From Octopus bimaculoides (taxonomy: Eukaryota), in the NCBI RefSeq assembly GCF_001194135.2, contig NC_068987.1, forward strand, positions 70,804,940 to 70,841,081: a stretch of DNA of 36,142 bases, written 5' to 3'. The notes under the pieces were generated by a model. That model was not told the DNA's origin and did no database searches. It saw nothing but the letters and a program-made list of their open reading frames with translations. Position 1 is the stretch's first letter; every line of letters starts with the position of its first letter. This document shows positions 23,891 to 36,142 of this stretch, one piece after another. The translations under genes and the position numbers were made by a program.

Positions 23891-25274
23891 NNNNNNNNNN
23901 NNNNNNNNNNNNNNNNNNNNNNNNNNNNNNNNNNNNNNNNNNNNNNNNNNNNNNNNNNNNNNNNNNNNNNNNNNNNNNNNNNNNNNNNNNNNNNNNNNNN
24001 NNNNNNNNNNNNNNNNNNNNNNNNNNNNNNNNNNNNNNNNNNNNNNNNNNNNNNNNNNNNNNNNNNNNNNNNNNNNNNNNNNNNNNNNNNNNNNNNNNNN
24101 NNNNNNNNNNNNNNNNNNNNNNNNNNNNNNNNNNNNNNNNNNNNNNNNNNNNNNNNNNNNNNNNNNNNNNNNNNNNNNNNNNNNNNNNNNNNNNNNNNNN
24201 NNNNNNNNNNNNNNNNNNNNNNNNNNNNNNNNNNNNNNNNNNNNNNNNNNNNNNNNNNNNNNNNNNNNNNNNNNNNNNNNNNNNNNNNNNNNNNNNNNNN
24301 NNNNNNNNNNNNNNNNNNNNNNNNNNNNNNNNNNNNNNNNNNNNNNNNNNNNNNNNNNNNNNNNNNNNNNNNNNNNNNNNNNNNNNNNNNNNNNNNNNNN
24401 NNNNNNNNNNNNNNNNNNNNNNNNNNNNNNNNNNNNNNNNNNNNNNNNNNNNNNNNNNNNNNNNNNNNNNNNNNNNNCATACATATATATATATAAACAC
24501 ACACGCATGCACGCACACGCGCACACACACACTCACACACATATATATATGCTAAACTTTATTGATTTATCTACTTTTCATCGTTATCGTTATATATACA
24601 CGTTTTTGTTCTTTCTCTCCCGACGACTCCTATTTATTCCTTTCCACCTTCTTTTGCATATCTTTTATTTTTCATTCTTTATCAAGATCTAAATTGACGT
24701 TGTCACACATATCTCTTCTACCAACCCCGCTTCAATGAAACCAGTACCACATTCCAACCGCTTGCAATATTCGTGCCTCAATGTTTTTGTTTTTCTTATA
24801 TTCTCCTTTCCGTCGCCATAACTTAAACTTTTTTTCCTGCTTTTTCGTTCTTCCTGCTGTTTCGTAGAATTTTCTTTCTCTTTTTTTTTCCTATGCTCTA
24901 TCGTAGTTTCTTATGGCTCACTCCCTTTTTAATGCTACTTGTTTATTCCAAAACATTCACCCACCCAACCATCACGAGACGTGAGATCCCTACTCTGTTT
25001 TCAATTATACAACACATTAATCTCGCCTTAATCCAGCTACAGACCAATGCGCCAAATCTGCCAATTCACTGTATCAGTAAACAACAAATCGAATTGAAGA
25101 ACAGTGAGACGCAAGAAAAGCGGTTCTGCACACGCGATTTTTACATTAATGAAATTTGACCTGCCTGGCTATTATCTTGAAGAACCTTGTCCTCTTCCAA
25201 TTCCTCTACGACTATCACTGGCAACACAGTTCTTGCAAATGCTACTGTTGCCAGCCCCACAACCATTTTATATA

Positions 25275-25384
25275 CTACTACTACAACGGCAATGACGACG
25301 ACGTGGACAACGACGACGACGACGACGATGATGACGACCTCCGCAACCACCATCACCGTCACCATATTGTTATTATTATTATTA

Positions 25385-25466
<82 letters not shown>

Positions 25467-25477
25467 CATCATCATCA

Positions 25478-25541
<64 letters not shown>

Positions 25542-25659
25542 AAAAACAACTACTTCTATCACTACTAATACTACTACTACTACTACCACTACCACCAGAA
25601 TTAAGACTACCTCTACTACTGCTACTACTACTACTATTAATAATAATAATAATAATGAC

Positions 25660-25703
<44 letters not shown>

Positions 25704-25716
25704 TGATGCTGCTACT
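25275..25716. repeat. Compound trinucleotide microsatellite (ACT/ACG/ATG, ATT, ATC, ACT, AAT)
   Basis: Directly visible tandem blocks; they explain the poly-I/N/L/T ORFs. Confidence 0.95.
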
Positions 25717-28700
25717 GCTGCCCCTCAACAAGCGAAGGTGAGAGGCTCTACACGATCCGTTTACTTACTGGCAACATTTTCAACAATCATACCTTATCAT
25801 TTAAAAAAAAAAGGGACACATTAGAAAATACAACACTATATAAAAGCCGTCGAAATGGTCGCAGTAGGAATATATATAATCATGTTACTACTCAATTAAC
25901 CATGACATACACCTCTACAACAACGTCAGTCACTGTAGCCGAATGCATTGGTCGAAGAGTCTGCTAGAGAGAACTGCCAAATCAATCTCAAAAACGTACT
26001 AGGCATCGTGCAATGTAGTCCTTTATAGTAAGAAAAGTATGTGATAGCCAAGTCTGTAACTCAACAATGAAGCCTTTAATTAGTGACAGAACCAACGGCA
26101 GCAGCAATAAAAGAAGCAGCATCAGGGGCAGCAGTAACAATAACAAAAGTACTATCAAGTGCAACAGAACCACATCCTGAGAACACGTTTAACAGTTCAC
26201 TAATAAACATTATATTGTTTCCTCTATAATACACATATACAGAGACACATGTACATAGACACAGATTTATACTTAGTTCATCAGTATACATTCAGTATTT
26301 TCCCTACAGAAAGTCTCTACATCTTTATTTGGGTATTAGACATGTGTACTTGTGTATGTGTATGTGTGTACGTGTTTATGCGCACGAAAATTTGCCTGTA
26401 CAACCTTAAATATAAGGCTTGATACGAATATTTAATCTTGTAACTAAGAGGTAATACAACATTTTGGCGCCATTGTGTAACTGTAACCATATGATCAATG
26501 TTGTTGACATGTTCCACCTGTTGTGTTATTGTTCTGTTTTCCGCTAGAAACCCCAGTAGGGATGAGGTGAAAATATTTAATGATGGTATTATTGTTCAAA
26601 GTTACGTCTATTCTTTGACTAAGTTCCTGATTTTCCCATGAAATATTTCATTCGTCTATCACATTCTCCCACATGTCAATTCATCTTAGATTTTAACGTC
26701 AATTCTTGGGTTTTTCCTGTATTTTAAATATGCGGCAACCACGCTTTTTTCCCAATTAAGATTAGAGAGAGTAACATTCGTGTTTATATCAGTAGGACGT
26801 TGTACAAACATTCGTGTGTATAAAAGTTTGCTTCTCCACGTTTGTGAGCTATGATGGCATTTGAATCATACCGTCTAACTTTCATACCTCTCGCAGTTAC
26901 ACACAAATTTGTTTCACTTATAAGAATATTTTAATGCAAAAACTTTTGCATGACTGTCAATTAGCGGCTTTAAATATTCTCTAAATTTAATAACGATAGA
27001 TTTCTGAGGCTAACTAGCAAGCTAAAGAAGATACGTTATGAACGCCTCTACTAAACTTAAACTCTACTAAAGCTGTGGTAAATCGAAATGAGACTGTGCT
27101 CTCTCATATGGTACAGAGCTGCAGATACGCATATAAAAATTATAAACTACATGCAAGAGAAAATAACCAGCTGGTTTTCATGGACGCACTGTACATTTTA
27201 ATGTGACAATTTAGCCCCATATTAATGGCTTCTACATTTTGAAAATAGCTGGTTGCAGATTACAAAACCTCTTTTAGCCTCGACACACGTGCTTGTCCTT
27301 CTCCCGTCACACTTACAGTATTTACTACCCATATCTGCATTATCCGGTATACTGAAATCTTCTGTCTCAATGCGTCAGACCACTGCTAGATATCTGGGAG
27401 ATATCGGCATGTTGTTCAGAGTAACTGATGACCGAATCATTTGAAAATGTTATGAGATTAGTTGATTTCATTGGTACTCCAGCACAACAATATATTACAA
27501 GTTTTTCTGTCATCATTCATGTCTGATTTGTACAGGATTATTTCTTTTCCTTTTATTTTTACTCAGGAAAAATAAACAAAAGAATTAACGACCCTTTCAT
27601 TCTTGTCCACTGAGCTAAATTTTCTTCCAGTAAGGTTTCCAAAGCTACTATACGTAATTCTATAATTGTTTCATTATCATATATTTTAATATTCTGCGTT
27701 AAAAAATATTGTATTGGCTATCTCCTTTGTTTACAACTTGTATAGTAAGGATTTATAAACCATTACGTATTATTTCATCAGATGCATTATCACTGATTTG
27801 GTTCGTATCTGCAATATCATATAGCAATATCATATACCGGTTTACGCAGCTATAAGTAGGGAGACATAACCTAGAGCTGAATGTGAAAGACTCATGTATA
27901 GTTAATGGCGTTTAACAAGCTTATAATGTTGAAAACCAGTCTTCTGTTCAATCCAGCCTTGTTAGTAGTGATGGATACACAAACATCTGACACAGTATAA
28001 AAGTATTTTAGTAACTGTTGCAAAATTCAATACTACTTGAACGCCATAGCGTATGAGGAACCCATTAATGTGTGTACATACAATACAGCGTATATAATCA
28101 TAATATAAATTTCAACTAACTAGGGTAATAGCACGTCATGAAAATCAAAATTCATAAATATATAGGGAAATGTGGATTACGTATTTATTTACCTAAGTAG
28201 ATTTTCATCTTCAAGCTAAATAANNNNNNNNNNNNNNNNNNNNNNNNNNNNNNNNNNNNNNNNNNNNNNNNNNNNNNNNNNNNNNNNNNNNNNNNNNNNN
28301 NNNNNNNNNNNNNNNNNNNNNNNNNNNNNNNNNNNNNNNNNNNNNNNNNNNNNNNNNNNNNNNNNNNNNNNNNNNNNNNNNNNNNNNNNNNNNNNNNNNN
28401 NNNNNNNNNNNNNNNNNNNNNNNNNNNNNNNNNNNNATATATACATACATACATACACACATACATACATACATAGTTTCATACATACATGCATACATAC
28501 ATACATACATGCATACATACATAAGAAGATCGTGTAGTGTTGTTGTCATGTACTGCAACAGAAGGACTCATTTCTAGATCAAATAATTTTATGGATTAAA
28601 TTTTAAAATCGTGAAAATAGTAGGATGAAATAAAGAAACCTAATTAATAACTTTTTATCGTAAGCATTACTAGGAAATTAAAGTTTCTAGTCTTAGGCAA

Positions 28701-28754
28701 TCATATATAGCGCCATTTCATTCTTGTTACAATGTATTTCTTTGCATAGATACG

Positions 28755-28930
28755 CACTCACGCACACATACACCCTCACATACATACGCCCACACACACA
28801 TACGCCCACGCACACATACGCCCACACACACATACACCCACACACACATACGCACACGCACACATACACGCATACACACACATGTGTGTGTCTGTGTATG
28901 TACGCATATGTATGTGCGTATATATATATA
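28755..28930. repeat. Degenerate (CA)n-derived repeat
   Basis: cacacatacgcc-like variants in tandem. Confidence 0.85.
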
Positions 28931-30352
28931 TCTGTTAAATATCTGTTCCGTTTGAATAAAGTACATTATCACCATTACGTCCATCTATAGCCAATAAAAT
29001 TTACTGACGCCCTATAAAACGTATGTAAAGCCGAGAATGAAATAATATCCGTACACATTAAATGGTGGTGCTCACGCGCTCGCGCATGTACCTGTAATGT
29101 CCACTTTTGCCCCAACTACAGAAATGCTATTTGACTGATTGGGATCAAGCCAGTCACAAAATGCTTTTGCCTCTCGCAACAGGTTCAATTGCTACTCTTT
29201 TTATTGATTTACATAGTACTTGTTCATCTAATCCACGGAACATGAACAAGCAGTTACATTTCCTGAATCAAAATGTACTGGCTCTTTCCTCCTACGTCTG
29301 TCCTTATTTTGCGAGGGGCAATTTCTAAAACGTGCTTTAAAGCAACGCTGTAAAAATTAGAATTGACCAGAGGAAACTGGCAGGAAGACAATATTTTCAG
29401 GGAATAATTTCTTTATTTAAAAACAAAAGGAACACATTAAGCATGATCTTCGTCGAATTTTGAAATGAACCATTCTTGTGGTTTTTTTCTTTGAGATTTT
29501 TCACTGCGATAACTGCTGTTTCTCACAGGTTCGTTGTCATAGTCACAGCATTATTTGGCTGTGATTACACTGAAGAGGAAAGCCACGTAATCGTTAACTC
29601 TCTCACTGTATTCAAGTCATATGTTAAGATGCAGCTGCCTTCGATCATATGTCAGGGCCGGGAAAAAATAACTTAATAACAATGCATGGTTAACTTTTCT
29701 GACACAATTTCTTTACAAATCTAAGGGAATTACAATCATGAAAGTGAACTAATGAATTATTGACGACGATCGTACAGTTAAAATCAAGAAAACTTTTCCA
29801 CTTTTTAGGTGGACATTTTTTTATCTTTTCCAAATTTTGATAGATATGATGGGCATGCACCCTGAATGACCATTATATTGAACCGACACGTAACAGGCTA
29901 TGAATGGTACGTGCTACACAAATGGTGTTAGGTGCCTTTAACATTTTAGCAAAAATTCCATGTAACTTTACGATGGTCTCGGTAGTACGACTGTCGAGCT
30001 TCATACATAATTTGATATATGATAGCGATTCGAATTTTCCGCACAACTTATCTAATAATAGCTTTGAAATATGTCACGTAATTATTGATCAAGGTTACAA
30101 AGCATAATACCGATTTTGTGATAGTCATTTCGAGTAACAATCTTGGCAAAAGCATTTCTGATCAACAGTAAAATACTAGCATATGTGTGTATGTATATTA
30201 TATGCATATGTATGCATATATGTATGTATGTATGTATCTATCTATCTATGTACGTATGATTGTACGGATATATACATATATATNNNNNNNNNNNNNNNNN
30301 NNNNNNNNNNNNNNNNNNNNNNNNNNNNNNNNNNNNNNNNNNNNNNNNNNNN

Positions 30353-30400
<48 letters not shown>

Positions 30401-30494
30401 TATATATATATGCATGCATGTATGTATAAGCATGTATGTATAAGCATCTATGCATATGCATGTATGTATATGCATGTTTGTATACGTATATGTG

Positions 30495-30895
30495 GGTATG
30501 AGGTAGGAAGCTTGCAGCCACCTGGTTCCGGGTTCAATCCCACTGCGTGTTCCACCATAGCCTCGGGCCACCAAAGCCTTGTGAGTGGATTTGGTTGACG
30601 GAAACTGAAAGACCGTCGTATACGTATATGTGTATATATTTGTGTGCGTGTGTGTGTGTGTGTGTGTGCGTATTTGTGGGTGCGTGTGTGTGTATGTGTG
30701 TGCGTCTGTTTGTCCCCACCATCGCTTGACAGCCGATATTGATATGTTTACGTCCCCATAACCTAGCGTTTCGGCAAAAGTGTAGAATAGAATAAGTACT
30801 AGGCTTACAAGACATACGTCACGGGGTCGATTTGTTGAACTAAAGGCGGTGCTCTAGCATGGCAGGAGTCAAAATGACTCAAACAAATAAATGAA
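30495..30895 (+). mobile_element. Near full-length SINE of the same family
   Basis: Head with ggttcaatccc, central (TG)n, and tail ...gaataagtactaggcttaca...ggggtcgatttgtt...gcatggc..aaatgactcaaaca. Confidence 0.85.
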
Positions 30896-31507
30896 TAAAA
30901 AAATTAAAGAATATACAGACACAAACATATATATATTTANNNNNNNNNNNNNNNNNNNNNNNNNNNNNNNNNNNNNNNNNNNNNNNNNNNNNNNNNNNNN
31001 NNNNNNNNNNNNNNNNNNNNNNNNNNNNNNNNNNNNNNNNNNNNNNNNNNNNNNNNNNNNNNNNNNNNNNNNNNNNNNNNNNNNNNNNNNNNNNNNNNNN
31101 NNNNNNNNNNNNNNNNNNNNNNNNNNNNNNNNNNNNNNNNNNNNNNNNNNNNNNNNNNNNNNNNNNNNNNNNNNNNNNNNNNNNNNNNNNNNNNNNNNNN
31201 NNNNNNNNNNNNNNNNNNNNNNNNNNNNNNNNNNNNNNNNNNNNNNNNNNNNNNNNNNNNNNNNNNNNNNNNNNNNNNNNNNNNNNNNNNNNNNNNNNNN
31301 NNNNNNNNNNNNNNNNNNNNNNNNNNNNNNNNNNNNNNNNNNNNNNNNNNNNNNNNNNNNNNNNNNNNNNNNNNNNNNNNNNNNNNNNNNNNNNNNNNNN
31401 NNNNNNNNNNNNNNNNNNNNNNNNNNNNNNNNNNNNNNNNNNNNNNNNNNNNNNNNNNNNNNNNNNNNNNNNNNNNNNNNNNNNNNNNNNNNNNNNNNNN
31501 NNNNNNN

Positions 31508-31546
<39 letters not shown>

Positions 31547-33189
31547 GTATACATACATACGCATACTTAAATATAAATATGCATATGTGTGTGTACATAT
31601 TTACACAGATGCAGATATATACATAGTTGAGTATATTTATTCGTACGTTTGTGCGCATGGCGTGTTGAAATGAATGCGAATATTTTTCTCTGCATGTTGG
31701 TTTGTGTGTGCATGAACGACATACTCGTTGATTATAGTGTTTTACGGGATGTTGGGAGTTAGCTGCAAGCGGACACTAATGAACTAAATTCATCTATCTA
31801 ACAAATTGTCTAATAAGCACTGTTCACATATGTAGGATGAAAAAAAAATGTCTCATTTTTACTGGCAAAGATTAATTCGATTCACCTAAAGAAATGTCCC
31901 TCACAAAAGTTGTTTTGATGACCGAGTAAAAGTGTTCTTGTTTTCCTCGTAATCATTAGGATATATAAAGCTGTTACAGTGTTGGCCACTAAAGATGAAA
32001 GCTGATATGATTAAGGGATCGGGAACACATCAAAAGATACCGATTCCAGGGTTAAGTATGGATAAGAAATTTTCTTAAAATGTCGATAAATTATCGATAT
32101 GGCATGGCTAATTGATGGTGGCAAATTTGCGACACTTGCACATCAATGAAAATCAGCAATTTTCTTTTCTTGTAATGTTCATTATATTGTTCGGTGGCTT
32201 GTACACACTAATCATACGCCTTGCGGTAAGACAGAGACTAATATGTTTGAATAGTTGCGGTATTGTAGCACTCTTTGCTTTACTTTAACATTATACTTTA
32301 AGAATATTTGCTGTACGATAACAATCAACTTGTTTATTTCGTGGCATATAAGCATACCATAACACCATGTTACTGAGTGACATACAATGAATACCAATAG
32401 AAAACTGGTATCATTCCAGCTGACTGTACACCACTTTAGTATATTTCGAGATATTTTTAATTAAAAGCTGCAGTTATTTGTTTTGGCATTTGAGTTTAGC
32501 TTGACGTGTCTATTTGATGGAAGTAAGAATTATTATTTTGTCACTTGATCTTTTAGAATTGTGAATTAATGAAAATGTGAATGATCGAAAAGTACTATAG
32601 ACAGCACATAGTGATTCAACGGGCTCCTCGCACTTTGGAAATAAAAAAAGACCGAAGACCTCTGTAGAAAGCAGACAGCACGATTAAGATTATATGACAC
32701 AGATTGAAGCAGAAATAAATATGACGTTTGAGAGGAAACATTTGGAGGAACCAAACTTAAAAGTGGAAATTATTCTCTAAGAATAGACAAAATCAATTGT
32801 AATAACAATTGAAACTTTGAGTTTGGACACTTCTAAACAATAATTTATGATAGCTGTAGAACGAAAATCATTCTCCTCCCGTGTATATATATGTTAGTAA
32901 ATTTGAACCGTTCTAAATAACGAGAATTATCTTAAACATGTCGAACTAACTGTATTCTATCTCATAATTCGATGAATTTTAAGAGTGATTATAGTTCAAC
33001 AGGAATGAAATAACAGAATATCTTAACAAATCCACTAGGGATAAATATCATAAATGCAACAAAGTAAAAAGATCACGCACTTGGAGATAATAATTGACCC
33101 TGATTTTATTTTTAACACGTTACAGAAATGTATCTTCTGTTAGATAATATTATATCCAACAACAAAAGCTAGTAGAACATCTTATAACC

Positions 33190-33309
33190 AGGAGTAGCTG
33201 CCGGGTAAGAAGTTTGCATCTCACTGACATGATTCCGCGTCCAGTACCACGCGTGGTGTATTTGGTAAATGTCTCCTGAGTGTACTTCGTAGATAGAAAC
33301 TAAAAGAAT
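33190..33309 (+). mobile_element. Old SINE head, upstream of the hammerhead repeats
   Basis: ggagtagctgccgggtaagaagtttgc...tggtaaatgtct...gaaactaaaagaa. Confidence 0.6.
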
Positions 33310-33311
33310 TC

Positions 33312-33491
33312 CGGACTGAACACTATTCAATTTTTTTTCTCCGTGTTTTTCTCCTTGTCTCCGTATTCTTTCTGTTGAAGAGCGTAGCTCGAAACGTCAA
33401 AGACTTTCCGTATTCCCGAGCGTCATACTAATATATACTTTTGTTATTTACACCACCTGTCCTCGTCTGTTGTTATTATTTGTATATTCTC

Positions 33492-33535
<44 letters not shown>
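33312..33535 (+). repeat. Hammerhead-bearing repeat unit, copy 1, ending in (AT)n
   Basis: Identical by eye to 34329-34551 at an offset of 1017 bp. It starts immediately after a degraded SINE head. Confidence 0.9.
33367..33403 (+). ncRNA. Minimal type I hammerhead ribozyme motif, variant core CUGUUGA
   Basis: tcttt (stem I) - CTGTTGA - a - gagc gta gctc (stem II) - GAAA - cg - TC^ - aaaga (stem I'). Stem III is the self-complementary ACGT. Predicted cleavage after 33398. Confidence 0.7.
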
Positions 33536-34328
33536 NNNNNNNNNNNNNNNNNNNNNNNNNNNNNNNNNNNNNNNNNNNNNNNNNNNNNNNNNNNNNNNNN
33601 NNNNNNNNNNNNNNNNNNNNNNNNNNNNNNNNNNNNNNNNNNNNNNNNNNNNNNNNNNNNNNNNNNNNNNNNNNNNNNNNNNNNNNNNNNNNNNNNNNNN
33701 NNNNNNNNNNNNNNNNNNNNNNNNNNNNNNNNNNNNNNNNNNNNNNNNNNNNNNNNNNNNNNNNNNNNNNNNNNNNNNNNNNNNNNNNNNNNNNNNNNNN
33801 NNNNNNNNNNNNNNNNNNNNNNNNNNNNNNNNNNNNNNNNNNNNNNNNNNNNNNNNNNNNNNNNNNNNNNNNNNNNNNNNNNNNNNNNNNNNNNNNNNNN
33901 NNNNNNNNNNNNNNNNNNNNNNNNNNNNNNNNNNNNNNNNNNNNNNNNNNNNNNNNNNNNNNNNNNNNNNNNNNNNNNNNNNNNNNNNNNNNNNNNNNNN
34001 NNNNNNNNNNNNNNNNNNNNNNNNNNNNNNNNNNNNNNNNNNNNNNNNNNNNNNNNNNNNNNNNNNNNNNNNNNNNNNNNNNNNNNNNNNNNNNNNNNNN
34101 NNNNNNNNNNNNNNNNNNNNNNNNNNNNNNNNNNNNNNNNNNNNNNNNNNNNNNNNNNNNNNNNNNNNNNNNNNNNNNNNNNNNNNNNNNNNNNNNNNNN
34201 NNNNNNNNNNNNNNNNNNNNNNNNNNNNNNNNNNNNNNNNNNNNNNNNNNNNNNNNNNNNNNNNNNNNNNNNNNNNNNNNNNNNNNNNNNNNNNNNNNNN
34301 NNNNNNNNNNNNNNNNNNNNNNNNNNNN

Positions 34329-34508
34329 CGGACTGAACACTATTCAATTTTTTTTCTCCGTGTTTTTCTCCTTGTCTCCGTATTCTTTCTGTTGAAGAGC
34401 GTAGCTCGAAACGTCAAAGACTTTCCGTATTCCCGAGCGTCATACTAATATATACTTTTGTTATTTACACCACCTGTCCTCGTCTGTTGTTATTATTTGT
34501 ATATTCTC

Positions 34509-34551
<43 letters not shown>
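34329..34551 (+). repeat. Hammerhead-bearing repeat unit, copy 2, ending in (AT)n
   Basis: Identical to copy 1; it begins exactly at the right edge of the 793-N gap. Confidence 0.85.
34384..34420 (+). ncRNA. Minimal type I hammerhead ribozyme motif, second copy
   Basis: Same sequence as 33367-33403. Confidence 0.65.
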
Positions 34552-34555
<4 letters not shown>

Positions 34556-34559
34556 GTTA

Positions 34560-34790
34560 GGGTTGCATGTTTGAATGTGTCTTCCTGTCTGTGATTGTTC
34601 CCCACCGCCGCTCGACAACCGGTGTTGGCGTGTTTTCGTCCCCTTATCTTGGCGGTTGGGCAAAAGAGACGGAGAGAATAAGTACCAGGTTTTAAGATGA
34701 TAAATACGTACTGGGTTCCATTCGTTCGACCAAAATTTCTGAAGGCTGCGCCTCAGCATGGCAGTAGTCTCATAACTGAAATAATTACAA
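34560..34790 (+). mobile_element. Old SINE tail, downstream of the hammerhead repeats
   Basis: ccccaccgccgctcgacaaccggtgttggcgtgttttcgtcccc...gcaaaagagac..agaataagtacca...gcatggc. Confidence 0.7.
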
Positions 34791-36142
34791 ACGAAAATAT
34801 AAAACGAATTATTTAACATTATTAACGAGCTAGTGGTAACACGAACCATATATTCTCTCATTGTTTTCAATGTCCATGTAGTTACGAACTGAGAGAGACA
34901 CGATCTCACCGCCGTTAACTCGCCACCTGGATATGTCTTCTGTAGAATGAGAGGGCTACGCTCGCATTCAGATGGCACAGATAACAACCTAATAAACGGA
35001 AGCAGTCCGAAATCAAGTGCCTTTAGCTACATACCATGGAATTCAGTCACTGGGCAAACTACGATGGTAAGCAGAATACCCTAACCACTTTATCAGAAGC
35101 CTTCACATATTCAGCACCAGCATTTTTAGACAAACGATCAAGAAAATTTCTACGCGGTTGCTTTACCCCTTAGACACAATTACGTCCTTAAAATAACTGA
35201 ACACATGAAACAAAAATCAAACTAGCCAAGTTTGGAACGTTTCTCCTCATAGATTGATGCCAACAATGTTGGTAATAACACTGACTTTGTTTAAGTTGAA
35301 CATTTGTTTTAAGACCTCCAATTTGGTTTGAAAACAATCTATACTTTTGCGTATTTGGGTGTGTATGTTAGGTGTTTCTGTGCTTTTAGATGTATGTCTG
35401 CATGTATACATTATTGTTATGATATGTCCTAGAATATTGTCTTTGGAAGAAAGCTTTTTACGGCGGAATTAGATGTGCAGTTGGTGTTTGACGAATATGA
35501 TAACATGTCGGTTTAGGAAAGAATTGTATAATATAAATCAACATAGATGTACACTGGTTATATAAATGTCATTGCAAATTAATCCGTGCTAATTGTAGTC
35601 ACAGGAATAATATATAGTATAGCTTCATTTCCCCAATACAACAAGTCAAGCACCTGACATTATTTCCTAATATTTTTACATAAATATTACAAAACCTAGC
35701 ATGGCTACAGTAAGCGTTTGAAAGGAACTCATAAAAAGTTAGCAGTACTCTCTACATGTAAATCATCATTAAACCCAGATCAACGACTTCAACTCACCTG
35801 TAGAAACATCAACACATTTTATCATAACTAGTTGAGTAATATCAAATCGGCAATTTGCGAAATAGGAATCACTGTACAAAGCTGATTCAACAGAGCTTGA
35901 AAATACGTGGGGACAGTTGAACAAGAATATTTCATACGTACTTAGCCATTAAGACAAACTGGACACAAGAAAATTGCACATCTTTTGCTAAATGTATTAC
36001 TTGAATATATTAAAAAATGTAATACCGATTTGGGCAATAACTGTAAGGGATCTAAGACGAGCGATCGCTATGTAAACGCTAAAAGATAGACGATAAATAC
36101 CAAAATTAATGTAAACTATGAGGTAATACTCATGAAAAATCA

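Larger units (their letters stand above)
1373..34328. other. Assembly gaps (N runs): 1373-2039, 8624-8706, 12249-12258, 12883-13192, 23891-24477, 28224-28436, 30284-30352, 30940-31507, 33536-34328
   Basis: N runs, nearly all bordered by microsatellites. Confidence 0.99.

Noticed and set aside
25141-25824. Poly-Ile/Asn/Leu/Thr ORFs
   Set aside because: They are translations of trinucleotide microsatellites.
27426-27450. CTGATGA...GAAA hammerhead-like string
   Set aside because: No stem II or stem I pairing and no valid cleavage triplet.
1310-34448. Long ORFs full of X in the ORF track
   Set aside because: They are artefacts of N gaps and flanking dinucleotide repeats.
1-36142. CRISPR arrays, rRNA, operons, retron-type RT systems
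   Set aside because: No repeat-spacer arrays or prokaryotic gene organisation; the only RT is PLE-type.

Overview
AT-rich, microsatellite-dense eukaryotic scaffold with 9 N-gaps. The tRNA-derived SINEs with an internal (TA)n/(TG)n tract look like octopus OK/OR-type SINEs, so a coleoid cephalopod origin is inferred. There is no prokaryotic content. Main contents: (1) a decayed Penelope-like retroelement (RT + GIY-YIG, probably Neptune-like) at 2.2-6.9 kb, with an inverted 5' fragment, a tandem pseudo-LTR and degenerate minimal hammerhead motifs; (2) two identical ~220-bp units carrying a minimal type I hammerhead with a variant core (CUGUUGA), flanking a gap and nested inside an old SINE (33.3-34.6 kb); (3) a ~1.75-kb almost spacer-less palindrome (13.5-15.3 kb) and a ~420-bp MITE-like element; (4) a piggyBac-like transposase relic; (5) a frameshifted minus-strand relic with WSC-like and C-type-lectin-like Cys patterns (20.8-23.1 kb); (6) several short candidate exons of an unidentified gene, one with a single in-frame TGA. 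All alignments, translations and folds were done by eye.
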